The notes below the pieces were generated by a model. It worked only from the letters and a program-made list of their open reading frames with translations. It was not told the DNA's origin and searched no databases. Made by a program: the position numbers and the translations under genes. 64,000 nt of DNA from Balanoglossus misakiensis (Eukaryota; Animalia; Hemichordata): NCBI GenBank assembly GCA_040954595.2, contig CM082595.2, forward strand, positions 7,546,317-7,610,316, written 5' to 3'. This document shows, in pieces, positions 29,101-42,007 of the stretch (position 1 is the stretch's first letter; every line of letters starts with the position of its first letter).

Positions 29101-32100
29101 ATGTGTATCACCAGCCATGCACTGTAACCAAACTCTCTGATTTAGTCTGCCAGATATTGACACAAGCTGTCCCCATGTGTCTATAAATATTCTCAAAATA
29201 CCAGGTTGACACAGGGCTGCTGTACAAGACTATATTTAACCCTAACACTGCCAAGTCAGTTGAAACTGTTTGGTTTCCAGGGTGCCTAGAATCCTGTGTC
29301 CATAAGGGATAATTCTAACATGAAAGATCCAACTACTCACTAAATCTGCTGGGAATTAAAAAAGAAAACCAACAACTCACCTTCCAGTACTTGTGTTATT
29401 GAATTTTTAAAATCACAGAAGTCAAACGGCGTTAGAAATCCCAATGACCCGAGATGGAATGCCATGACAGGTGGAATACTGTTCTGTTGGACAGAAAAAA
29501 GGAAATTCAATAATACTGGCAGCATGTTCATGCAACTATCTTGAAAGCCACAGTAACTCTATCTTTTAAGCTTTTTTTGTCTATTTTTCTGTCATATATC
29601 AACTCTGGTTTCTTGTTCTATTCTGGATAGCTTTATGAAATGTTTAGTCTTTGGCTTCTCAACATACAAAGCCTGTATATGAGAGACCACCATTGTTATT
29701 GTTGAACTCATACAATGGACACTGAATAAATGGGTGTAACACCGGTTTATTTTTGATGATATTAATGATTTAAGTGTACAACAACAATCAGAAGTTGATA
29801 ATGCTTTTGCATACCAACCAGTTAAGCCAATTAAATAGACCATTCCAAGTTTGAAAGTAAAACAATAAAAACACTAACAAAAGTAGTACATATTGAGGAT
29901 GTAAAACACTGATTCTCACCTCCTGGAATAATGATGATGCGTACAGCAATGTGCCATCGCCGCCAAGACAGATGATGAAATCAATTTTTTTCGACAGGTC
30001 ATCACCTATAAGAAAGTTGAAGGGCCATTAGCTGATAGTTTTTGTAATTTTTTCTGTATCTTTATTCTGTACATCAACTGAGTTTTTCTTCTACATTGTG
30101 TTAAACTGTCTAGTTGTCTGCTAAACATCACAGATGAACAGTTCGTCAATATCCTTACCTTCTCTGAATGTGGCTAGTTTGCTTTTAACCGGTGCAAAGT
30201 GGTTGTCTTCAGTTATACCACTATCCCTGAGAACAGATTCTTCGACAAATACAATCATGTGTTTTTCCTTTAAATAAAAAAAAAAGATATTGTTAATTTG
30301 GTTGTCATCAAAACCACACTTGCTATCTATGAACTACAAGGATTACAAAACAACAAATGTTTTAATGGGGGTGATTTAACCCTCTCACCCCCATGGTTTG
30401 ATCAAAGTCCATTGTTTTCTATGGTAAAGTTGGACCTCTATAGAGGGAACTGGGGGTGAAAGGGTTTATTAAAATCCCAAAGACTCTTGCTTTGGACTCT
30501 TTTGACTCCTGCAATATTCTTTACTATCAACACGGTTACTAGAAGAAGACGGTTAGGAAACTATTTTTTCTCCATTGTTAGATGCTCGCCTAGGTAAACA
30601 CTTAGTGTAAACGAAAGATATCAGGTGCTAACGAGCCTGGCCATACGAATAAACAGACAGAATAACTGACCGCTCTGTCAAAATGACGTCATTACCCCTA
30701 CAATCCAAAGCAAACCATACTCATGTTTACGGAATTGCTTGCACGCACAGTACGTATACCACCAGATTTGAGGAAAACAGAACAGAGAGTGGATAATTTA
30801 TAAAGTCACAGCACATTTATGACAATTTTGAACTTTCAAGGACATGATGAAGCCATACATTCTTTGTCTTGACCGTGCCCTTGAGATTCGATGCGAACCA
30901 AAACAAACAAGGTGGCCGCCAAAGGCTATATCGATAATGTTAACGACTGTATCGAAATGGGTATGCAATCTCAACGAAATATTCCAATTGGAATAAACGA
31001 AATAGCCCATGCAATACAAAAAGGTGTAAAATATCTAAATATATTAAAAAAAAACAGAAATGCGACCATCAGGGTTGAATTCTAGGGGTTCAAAATTCGA
31101 CGCTATTTGAATCCGGACTTTTAGTTAACCACCCAAGAAACCATGGTAGAGTGTCGCAAGCCCAACAGACTATGACCGTGCACTCCATAAGCCTATATGG
31201 AACTCGTACAAAAAAAAGTGGCGCTGTACTCTGACGAAAAAGGGCAGATGAAGGGGTTCAAAAATTAGCTACGTTCCCCAATACAACCCCACATAGCGGT
31301 TTGGACATGTACTCTCCTAGCTAACACCTCGTTCACACCTTCCGAACAATAGAGTTTCCTAACCGTCTTCTTCTAGTAACCGTGCTATCAATCACTTGAT
31401 CTGGCCATGTGACCCACAGCATTGTTATTTCCAGATGACGGGCAAGCAATATTTCGGCATCCAGTATTAAGTTTTTCCGAGTATCTTTTTATTTTAGAAC
31501 TGCCAGACATGTAACATGTATCAGGTATGGTGCCTCATCAGCCAGATCGCGTCTGCCGTCATTTTATATTGAAGAATTGTTCTTTCATGTATCAACTGTT
31601 GTTTCTTATCTCTATCTTTATGAAATGCCCAGTTTCAGTTTCTCAACAAAGCCTGTGTATATAAGTAACAACCATGGTGTTGTTGTTGTTGTTGTTGTTG
31701 ACAAATAATCCAAGTCAAGACTTGAATTCCATTTTCAGTATTGTCCCTGATGAGGCATTCTTGTAGAAATTACAAACCTTGACACAGAGGGCGCTATCAT
31801 GGATTGATTTATTCAACGATAAATGTGACTGAGAGACAACTACGAAGATGGAAATTTCATGTGCCATAATCTTCCCCCTGGAATGTTGGCCATCATCACT
31901 CTGTTTTACATTTTCAACAGCAGTGAATTGGTATTATAACTTTTCATATGGCTCGACATCCATTTTGGTTCATGTGCCCAAGTTGCAACAAAGGATAGGT
32001 GGACACACCTAATACTAAGAAAGTTCCCCCGACAACACATCTGGTATGTCTGCCAGAAACTAATCTAAACTAAAAGTTTCATTTCCGAGTTTCTATTCTA

Positions 32101-35100
32101 TGAAACTCAAAACAGCTGTGGGTGAGTTATACAGCTGTCTGAAAATACCTGAATTAATGTTCGGGTTGATAGATATTTTTTTTCTTTGATGAGAATTAGT
32201 GCAGTCCTAGCCTAGTCCTAGCCGTATTTTGTCCGCTTTTTGGAAGCAAAGCGGACAAAATACGGCTAGGACTAGGCTAGTGCAGTCCATACCAACAGAA
32301 CTTTTTAACCCTTTCACCCCCAGTTCCCACTATAGAGAGGTCCAACCTTAGCATAGAAAACAATGAGTTTGGACTGAACCATGGTTGTGAAAGGGTTAAA
32401 CTTGTGTGCATACACAGTTCACATCTGTTCAATATAAGGAAATTACAGTTTTATGTCAAATCAATTTTGAGATATTTGCAATGCTAAGGAAGTGAGTGAT
32501 TACCTGAATCAGCCATGTGGCAAGTTCTTTAAAATGTTCCCGGATTTTCTCATCAGGAATCTTCTTAATGATGAGAACAGAGAGTGGTCCCTCTCGCCAC
32601 GTCAGCTTTTGGGAAGCTGGGTCTGTCACATGCCTTTGGAGAAAATGGAAATGGGGAAAGTTCAAAGAGTCAGTTACATGTGGTATACAGGGGTTAGACT
32701 TCTGATGGTGTTTATCGGTATGGTGTTACGTTGTGCTGGTGGGGTCTGGTGAATAAATCTATAGTAGAAAACTAGTCTCACTATTGACATCTATTTTAGG
32801 CCATTTGTACACCACATTATGTAAATTAAACAGAATGCTATTGTCTTTGCACATCATTTATGTTAATGTGACATTTCATTCACTTTGGAATAAAATGCAG
32901 CATGCACACTACTGCAGTGTGAAAATATCACTTGATGGTGGTACAAAAATACACATTTGGTGACTGAGCATGGACTAGAATGCATTTTCTGAAGCTAATT
33001 TACATGTACTATATTGTTTGCACCATGGTGTGGTTGAATTCTGGCTCATTTGTGCAAAATGTTACTTTTTTACTAATTTGAAATTTGCTGAGTCAAACTC
33101 TATCTCCTGATTACCTGATATAGTGATAACCTCCCAATACAACTGCATTCATACTTCCATGATCATGATGATAAGCCAATTTTGGCAGTACGTGCAGTAG
33201 TGACTACCAGTACTTACATGATTTGAGTCTTGGGCACCTTTACCAGGCAGGCCTTTGGTCCAAATGTTGATACTGGAGTTGGGGCATAAATAGATCTGGT
33301 ACGCCTGTAAGCAGAAAAAATAGTATCAAGGACACTGTGCTGTGTTTCATAATAGATACACATATAGTGGCATTTTCAACCCTGCAGAGATCATGAATGG
33401 CTTTGACATAAGTCAACAGTGGAAGAACCTTTCTTATCATGGCTTGCAATAGCTGATATACCTGGGGTAAACAAAGTCGAAATCTGTAAATACTACATTA
33501 TAATATTACAATTTACACACATTATACATAAATGTACAAACACCCACAAACAAACAAACAAACAAACAAACAAACGTGACATACATGTACATACATGTAC
33601 AGGTATACTAACAGTGTTCCATCCAGGATGGCATCTAGGGGATATGTGATTATGCTCCCTTTGCCAGAATATTTAGGGGGGAGGGAGGATCCACTCAGGC
33701 TAGGGGGGATGAAATATCTTGAACATGTGAGTGACAATACTTTGGGGTGTTAATTGGATGACAAATATCAGACACACTTCGCTATTGTTATGTTAATCAC
33801 TGTTTACCTACAGTGTTTGTGCAGAGAGGGGTTTCCTCATGCATCTTAATTGTTTACATGTCCAGGGTTGAGACTTCCTGTATCATGTAAACAATAATTG
33901 GGGGAGGGGTGTGCTACCAGCTTCTAAACCAAATTTTAAGATTTAAATTTAAAAGACCCGCTTCTGAATCTCAGACTTAACACAAATAAAGAGAGAAACC
34001 AGGGCCCCTAACTTGTGTTCTTCTAAAAGTAATTTCAAGGGGCACAAACCCATACCAGTATACTGTACTGGGAACATGTAGCCTTTCTATGGGGATAACT
34101 CTCCCCATTTTTGTGTCTGAACATCTGGACAATGACTCCGTTATTTTGGGCATGCAAACTGAACCAAACCATTACAGCCTCCCAGGAGGTCATTATCCAA
34201 GGTAACAAAAAGTTTGAAAGCATGGTGCAGGCCTTGACCACTGCTGTCTCAATTCAAGTCAGTCAAACAAGGTCAAACAAGGTCATCATCCCTTTCAAGG
34301 ACAATCACACTTTTGTTATGTTTAGCGTTATTCACACAATTTTTTTTCAGTTGTATTCAACAGGAATCAAGGCCTTGCAGTCAATGGGTATATAAAAAAT
34401 TCAAAATAGAAGCATTAAAGGGACTTAATACATGGAAAACATACTTGCAAAATTTGCATAAACTCTCTCAGTGTGCAAAAGATAATGACAGTGAATAACC
34501 TCAAAAGTGTAAAATATTTGCCTCTTTTGCTGTATGTTAAGAGATAATCAGTCTGTGACCTGGATGAAATGACTAGTCAACACCACCAATTGAGATCTGA
34601 ATACAATATGACCCGCATGGGGTCTAAACTGTATGTAACAATGTTCATTCAGGCATTTCCCTCCATTGTCAATGACACACCTGTTTTTCAGGTAGGTACC
34701 TCTCTATTTGTTTAGCCAAGTCTGTCTACACTTTAGTTGGCTAGTATGTTAGCATGCTTCAAGAAGTCAAGCAATAGTCGAAAGAGAGTGACTTTGTCCC
34801 TTTAACCCTAATGCTGCCAAGTCGGTTGAAACTGGTTTGATTTCCAGGGTGCCTAGAAATCCTGGCTCCCAGGCCTGTTAGACTGCCAAGTGCGTGTTAC
34901 TCATTAGGGCCTATACAAGACCCTCAGACCAATACATGTACAGTGCAAACCAGTACGATTTGGTACATTTTACAGGGGGCTCAGACTGCCAAGTGTGTCT
35001 AAGTACATATGAGAGCCATGCTAAGACAGTCAAAATACGTTAAAGGAGAAAAAGTGGCATATACTTATTTTAAGGAACTTGACACTCTAAACAGATATGA

Positions 35101-38100
35101 CACCCAGTAGCATTAGGGTTAATGCTGTCAGGGGATGGCTGAGTAAGTGTGGACCTCTTTTGCTGTATAGATAATCAGTCTGTTTGTGACTCGGATGAAA
35201 TGCCTACGTCCCATATCATTCAACACAACCAATTGAGATCTGAATACAATATGCCCGCATCAGGCATTTCCTTCCATTGTCAATGACACACCTGATTTTT
35301 AGGTAGGTACATCTCTAAATCTTTCATCATCTGTTTAGCCGTGTCTGTCTACAGTTGGCCAGTATGTTAGCATGCTTCAAGAAGTCAAGCAAAAAGTCAA
35401 AAGAGTATGACTTTGTCCCTTTAAGTTTAACAATACCGAGTGTTTGAAACTGTTCAACACTCATCATGCACTGACTACAATGGTGCAATATACCGGGGTA
35501 TGTAAAGTACAATGACTTCAGTACTGGCTTGTCCACTGTCGTGCATCAGTGATCAACAAGTATGCAGCTTTCAGTATGTTTGCTTAGCTGGCCGAAGTTG
35601 GTAAAAATGAAAGTTGCATAAAACACATATCAAACAGTAGTACCTGTGGGTTTTCACATCAGAGAAAACACTGACCCCAGCTGATTCATACAAGTTCAAC
35701 AAATCAACAAACAAAACCTAGTATATGTGTTGACAACAGAAGTGCTTTCAAGTTTCAGTACAGTACGGCAGTATCACATGTTTGGTATACAGGTACTACA
35801 GCCATAGATCCTAGTGGTTATAAAGTACAATTTAGCCTACATCTTTCTGTCATCCACTAAATGTGACTTTGAGATTTACCTTAGTTGTGGGGGCAGAGAG
35901 CATCGCCGCAAGTTACTCATCGAACATGGCTGTGAATTTCCACAGGTCATTATAGTAACTTCGTGACAGTATACATGTGCACAGCAGGTAAACATGGAGC
36001 GATCGAAGACACGCAGTCGACTATTCAAACCCAATCATGCCAATACAGAACTCGCTTCGCATCGTTAAATAACAGAGCACACTGGCCTACATAGGTAGTT
36101 CGAGCTTTATGGCTGCGTGCATGCATTCTGGCTAAAAGCAACAACACCCTGGTCAAACTAGCTTCATGTAAATTTCCAAGGACTCTTTCTATATATATAT
36201 ACATGACCTCTGACCTTACATGTATTCTTTTCATTGAAATAACTGGATGTTATTGAACGATCAAGGTGTGGCCATGCAATGTGGTCAATGATAGTGTGAC
36301 ATTGGCAATACCTGTATATGCATTGTCAGAAAATATCGTCTCACTCATAGAGTATTATTAAATTAGGGGGGGGGGGGGGGGGAGGGCTGGAGGGGGGGTG
36401 AGGGACAGTTGATAGGCCATTGATAGGCTCAGAGCTCTGTACGAGACTAGGCACAATATATAAATCCTCCCTATTATTATCAGTGATATTATTATCATAG
36501 CACTGGCACTGACATCTAAGTTAGTGATGTTGCATTCTCTGTAGTTTAATAGCAAAGCACAACTACTTTCTAGGCAATCAAAATGCGACTGACACTACAT
36601 GTAGGGTGGCAATCAATAATCATCCCCATCAGTCACTCCACACACTGTGGTCTAACCAGAGCCGGAGGGGGGGGGGGGGGGGGGGGGGGGGTGGTGGAGG
36701 GGATTCACCCCGATGACATATTGGCACCCTCTAGCAATTTGTCAAGAGGGGGCCAGTGCCCCTTACAATGGTCACTCACATGTTGGAGATACATGTGTTC
36801 CATTCCCCCTTGCCTGAGTGGAATCCCTTCAAATCTGCTGGCAAAGGCAGCATATCCCAACTGTTGAAGCCATTCTGGGTGGAACACTGCCTTTAATGCA
36901 CACAGTGACACACAGGTGGTCAGAGATAGAACAGTGTCAATGGAGGTGTTAAGTATCAACATCTCAATAAACTTTCAGCAATAACTCCAGGTGGTTTTGC
37001 ACCTGGACCCTCATCAACACAGCAGCGCAAGCCTGGTATGCGTATATTCACTGGGGAAAAGTCTCAGACTTTCCAAATCAGCCACACATTAATGAAACAG
37101 TGTAGAAGGTTTATTCACGGTCATGTGGAGTAGACTGTGGTTTACTACTAGTATTTGGTTTAAGAAGTACGGAGAGACTTGGGTTTCATAGATGCGACTT
37201 AAAGGGACAAAGTCTCTCTCCCGTGGCCATTTTCCATTAATAATGTTTGATACAAGGCACCGTTTATGTTATTCTACATGTGGATATATAGTGAATGAAC
37301 GTTCAACCACACACAACTTCCATCCTGCTTGTAGACACGAGAGTGGAAAACTCGCCAAAATGAATAATCAGTCTCTACCATTTATTCATTTTGGGGGAGT
37401 TTTTACTCTCGTATCATACAAGCAGGATGGAGGTTGTGTGTGGTCGAACATTGCTTCACTATATATCCACATGTACATTAACAAAAACGGCGTCTTGTAT
37501 CAAACATATTTAATGGTAAATGGTGAAGAAGAGAGGAGAACAATGAAATGAATGATTGGCACATGTTTGTGCGTCAACAAAGAATTTCTAGAATCCTTTT
37601 TTTTCATTTTCTTTGTTATGTACAACCATGCATATTTTCTTGTTCTCCCTATAAAAAATAATATCCCAACATGCCTAGGTTACTACTTGTTAATCATCTA
37701 AATTCTAAGTTAGTCTAATTTTAGAGTCAGGGAAAGAAGGGACATTGGTGTTGAAAATATTTCTCTGTCAGCGCCTCATATTGATTTTTTTCAAACTCTC
37801 TTTCACACTGTTTACCTTTAGTTTAGTATTCAAATATTAAGATTAACATCATGCTTATTCTATAGGTGTGGTCCAGCTTTCATAACAGCAAATATGATGA
37901 TGACATCATGGTACAGCATCTAACAGTGGTGACTATTCTCACGTCAATGACAATCTTTCGAAAAATGTTCAGAGGAGCAATTGGGATATGTCAGGTTGAG
38001 TTATTGGGAAGCAGTCAAGCACATAATATTTTATTTGTTTGGCCATTGACATATGGATTGGCTTTACTCGCAGGTAGGGTACAGTGATTTAGTAATTTTT

Positions 38101-41100
38101 AAAGGGACAAAGTGAGTCTTTTTCTCGCTGCCCTTTTTCCATTAATTATGTTTGATACAACACACCATTTATGTTATTCTACATGTGGATATATCGAGAG
38201 TCAATGTTCAACCACACACAACTTCTATCGCACATGAGAGTAAAAATCTCGCCAAAATAAATAAACGGTAGAGACTGATTATTCATTTTGGCGAGTTTTT
38301 CACTCTTATAATTAGTCTACAAGTAGGATGGAAGTTGTGTGTGGTTGAACATTGATTCACTATACATCCACATGTAGAATAACATAAACAGTGTCTTGTA
38401 TCAAACATAATTAATGGAAAAGGGGCAGCGAGAGAGAGACTTTGTCCCTTTAATGTTAAAGCTACAGGATGAAAACTGTCGCTATTTGGCAATGAGTTGG
38501 TAACACTTGAATTGTATGCTCTAATCTGACTCAATACTTTAATGACAGTTCTTCAAAATATAAGCCTGGGCACTATTTACAATTCATGTATCTGAATAAA
38601 CCAGTACTGACTCAAAATATCACACTTTATAAATAATAGTGTCTCTATAGTCTCAAAAACAATAAAATCAAATATATCCCAAGTTGTAACAAGTGGAGAG
38701 CAATTATCATGCTTATGGGGTGACCAAGTCAAATCAAGTTGCAAGTTTTAATGACTTGCCCAGGCACTGGCTATTTTAATTACACAAGTTGTAATTATCA
38801 CCCAATACTGGTGCAGTCTGATTTACTCTGTAAAACTTACTAAAAGTACCCTATGGGAAATCCATGACAGATTGCAAGGGTGCCTAGAATCCTGGCTCCC
38901 AGACCCATTAGGCTGCCAAGTGTGTGTTACTCAGTAGGGCCTATACAAGACCCCCAGACCTATACAGTACAAACCAGTGAGATTTGGTACATTTTACAGG
39001 GGGCTCAGACTGCCATACATTTAAGAAGAAAAAGTGGCAAATACGTATTTTAAAGGACTTGACACTCTAAACAGGTTTGACACCCCGTAGCATTAGGGTT
39101 AATAGTGTCTCTATAGTTTGAACACATAACTGTACTGAGGATCTCACAAGCATCCAGGGTCGTGTTCATCCAGTGTTGTTTACTGCACAAACCACGGTCA
39201 GTGGTGTGACCGTGCACAAAAATACACCATTGTGTTCTGGCGGTCAGTCACATTAACCAACATTTGCATCATGACTGTCATGCGTGACTCACCTTCTTAC
39301 GCAATCCACATCATAACAAAGTGGATGGTCTGTGCCGCAGTCATCTCCATGATAGCTCCCATCACCCAACACACAAACTCTGTCCACCCTCGGCACAGAC
39401 ATGCACAGACAGACAGCTTGGATTCGGAACTCAAATACACAAAATGCCAGCTTCTCAAACTGGATCCAGCTAGAGCTAAGCGATGGTCACCTCCTCATGG
39501 TCGTTTCAAGCACAGAAGAGCAAGCAAAGCCATGCATTGATTCAAAGTCTGTCGGCTGATCCCATGCGAACTTTGAACTCTGACTAAACTGGGTCACGTG
39601 AGCGAGTTCAGCTCAGCCTGATTACATGAAGTGAATTCCATTTACAGTTATTCTCCGGGATCTGCATATGAATAGTGTGCACCAGATGATTCATTTGTTC
39701 ATGTCAACAATCTCTTTACACATGATCATTATATGCACAGTCCCCTATCACATGGGATTGATTGCGATCTACCTTATTGGTGGAGGCACCATGGCCTAGT
39801 TGTAGGCACACTCCCTCTATAGGCAACTGTGGCATGTGGGTGAGGGTACCAGACTCACAATTGAAGGGTTGTTCTCATATCGACATAATCATCATTCGTC
39901 CATTGGATGATGGGTTGAATTTAAAAAATCCCCTACTTTGATTGCTATAAAAATTCAGCCGCCTCTATTTTTGGGAAAAATAATTAATTAAATTGACTTT
40001 AAAAATTTGACCATGAACAAAAATCCAATAATTTCAAATCACACTTTAAAAAATCTGGATGAATTAAATAATGATGGCACACAGTTACTAAAACCATACT
40101 GTCTATGCTAAAATACTGGTATAGACAAGTCTTGTATGAGATCAATTTTCACAAATGAAGATTTGTGTTCCATCCAGGATGGCATCAATGGAGAGCTTGT
40201 CCCAATGCCAGAATGTATTGGGGGGGGGGGGGGGGTATCCCACTCTGGCAAGGAGGACTCAGTGTAATATTATTATTATACAAGTGACATCATTTTAAGG
40301 ATAGTCAACAAGTGGGGGGGGGGGGTGAATTACATCCACCCACCTAAATGAAACACTGAGACATTAAAACAAAATTCTGTCACATTTTTCTACAATCCTG
40401 ATAATATCACTGACACACGGTGAAGTGATACAGGAAGTGGAAGCCATGTTTCCATGGTGATTCAATATCACTGAAATCTTTTCATGAATATTTTAAGCTT
40501 TATAAAACTTTCCCATATTGTTTGTAGCAACTGGAGGCACATTTTGTAGCAACACATACTTTTTAAAACAATTTTGGTGACTTGCCATGGTTCATTATTG
40601 TGTATAACCTTTACATCATTTTATGGACACACTTTTATTGTAAAAAAAATAACAATAAAACAGTAACAGACTTGTAGATAATTTACGATGGTAAATGTTT
40701 CAGGATGTAGGATCCAGGATTTCAGGATCTAGCACTCCGCAACAGGAACTTCCTTAATGTCATGTGGCATGCACGTTACAAAACAAAATGGGAGTGTAAT
40801 TAATGTTATTTGACATAACTAACTTTGTTCTAGTTACTAAGATCCCACACTTTCTATTGTTTTAGCAAAACAGCGATCCCTCACTCATACAACAGGAGAC
40901 GCAGAACAAAACTACTCTAAACCGGGAAAGACAGTGATTCTGTTTGAATACTCTGTCTTTGATGATGTCATAGTCTAGTATCTAGCTGTTTCTCCGGCTA
41001 CATGACTTAGCTAGTGATGTCATAACTGAGTCATTTTTGTATCTTGGGACGAAGTGTACAATCAGTTCACTCAGGCTAACATATACAAGGCAACTGGGTC

Positions 41101-41458
41101 TGACAATATTTCTGGTATCATCTTGAAGAGTGTGCTTTTAAAATTATTACAACTTTCTGAAGAAATCAAGATATGTTTCCTTCTCTCTTCAAACAAGTGA
41201 ACATAATTCCAATTCATTATTCTTATTCTTATCATCATCATCAACGTCGTCGGCGTTATTTTGAAATCCTTGCTGCTAGGAAAGGGAAAATTTGCAGTGA
41301 CACTCCATCAAATCTTGGAGGAAGTGAAAGGGGAAAATAAATACTGCTTGAGTCATATTGCACATCAGTTGAACTTACCGACCATGTCTGAGGGGAGATT
41401 CTCCGGACAGGGAAAGAGGTCGGTTTATACGCCGTACGGGTGTTCCTGAATTCGCCAT
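26142..41458 (-). CDS. NADK: NAD kinase, cytosolic type, ~414 aa with the distal first exon
   Basis: Exons 41458-41379, 33304-33218 ([19 protein letters not shown]), 32633-32504, 30267-30159, 30005-29920 ([14 protein letters not shown]), 29483-29381 ([12 protein letters not shown]), 29075-28927, 28502-28403 ([11 protein letters not shown]), 27777-27620 ([22 protein letters not shown]), 27010-26928 (FDGRNRQE), 26301-26142 ([18 protein letters not shown]). All GT-AG and in phase; GGDG, NE and Gly-rich NADK motifs present. Confidence 0.96.
26627..26908. mobile_element. GGCC-ended MITE, possibly PIF/Harbinger type
   Basis: aggccaaaataaaaaa..tgctgttccgatt pairs with aatcggaacagca..ttttttattttggcct; TSD unclear. 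Confidence 0.55.
28645..28837. mobile_element. ~190-bp TTAA MITE with Kolobok-like ends
   Basis: TTAA-AGGTATACGGTCACCA...TGGTGACCATGTACCT-TTAA. Confidence 0.7.
30531..31384. mobile_element. 854-bp non-autonomous element, 32-bp perfect TIR, 7-bp TSD (P-element-like)
   Basis: TIR CACGGTTACTAGAAGAAGACGGTTAGGAAACT; CTATCAA on both sides; no transposase ORF. Confidence 0.85.
32208..32279. mobile_element. 72-bp hairpin element, TAG...CTA, 9-bp TSD
   Basis: TAGCCTAGTCCTAGCCGTATTTTGTCCGCTTT stem; GTGCAGTCC on both sides. Confidence 0.85.
34802..35122. mobile_element. ~320-bp piggyBac-like MITE (partials ~29236-29300 and ~38875-39102)
   Basis: TTAA-CCCTAATGCT...AGCATTAGGG-TTAA; interior shared with copies at 49387 and 53417. 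Confidence 0.8.
35880..35920 (-). CDS. NADK: Candidate NADK alternative first coding exon ([14 protein letters not shown])
   Basis: Own ATG, open frame, AAG|gtaaat donor in phase 2 matching the acceptor at 33304. Confidence 0.5.
37199..37525. mobile_element. MITE family K copy, right end decayed
   Basis: TTAAAGGGACAAAGTCTCTCTC start and family interior. Confidence 0.8.
38099..38453. mobile_element. MITE family K copy
   Basis: Both TTAA-bounded termini present. Confidence 0.85.
39293..39402 (-). CDS. NADK: Candidate NADK alternative first coding exon ([37 protein letters not shown])
   Basis: Own ATG, 36 open codons plus 2 nt, strong AAG|gtgagt donor in phase 2. Confidence 0.55.
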
Positions 41459-42007
41459 CGCTGAACTGTCAAATCTTGGACATATACGTGTGTATCACCT
41501 CACCATTCTTCACTTGTCCGCAGGTACTAATCAAACAAACTTCTTTCTTCCTCAAGATATCCTCTCGCTATGATTCTGCGCATGCGAGATTCTTGACCCG
41601 GAAGTACATTAATATTGGGTTAAACCATTTAGTTTTTCATTTACTCGGTGGCAAAATGCTTCTCGGTCTTTAGGATTATAATTATGACAAACTTGTTGCA
41701 CAGTATATTAGTCTCAACTAAAGTACACTATTGTAATACGTCAGACCACCTCAAATTATTATGATTTGTTTTGTTTCATTCAGTATTTAAAATACCCCTA
41801 TCCAAAAAGTAAACACGTCCACTTGAACAGTGTCAACAAACTTTGAAACTAAGGTCACGCCCAGTGAAAGAAATATGGCAGCCCAGTCGTGGATGGAAAC
41901 CAGAAAATGATGTGCGCTGAATGATGCTGAAAGAATTGCTACCGGAATTTCTGCAATAATAGTCAGAGATCAGTGCCTTAATCGCTATCGGATTATAATC
42001 GTTCGCA
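41459..42007. promoter_or_regulatory. Candidate bidirectional promoter between NADK and the espin-like gene
   Basis: Divergent ATGs ~550 bp apart; NRF-1-type TGCGCATGCG at 41577-41586 and ETS/GABP CCGGAAGT at 41598-41605. Confidence 0.6.

Noticed and set aside
33808-33845. Further possible NADK first exon ending TAG|gtaaac
   Set aside because: Its ATG frames give phase 1 or a stop, incompatible with the acceptor at 33304.
36366-36700. Long G runs as possible G-quadruplexes
   Set aside because: Poly-G/C runs occur throughout the window, mostly within repeats; no specific signal.
37192-37551. Recurring peptide [20 protein letters not shown] in several ORFs
   Set aside because: Translation of MITE family K termini, not a gene family.
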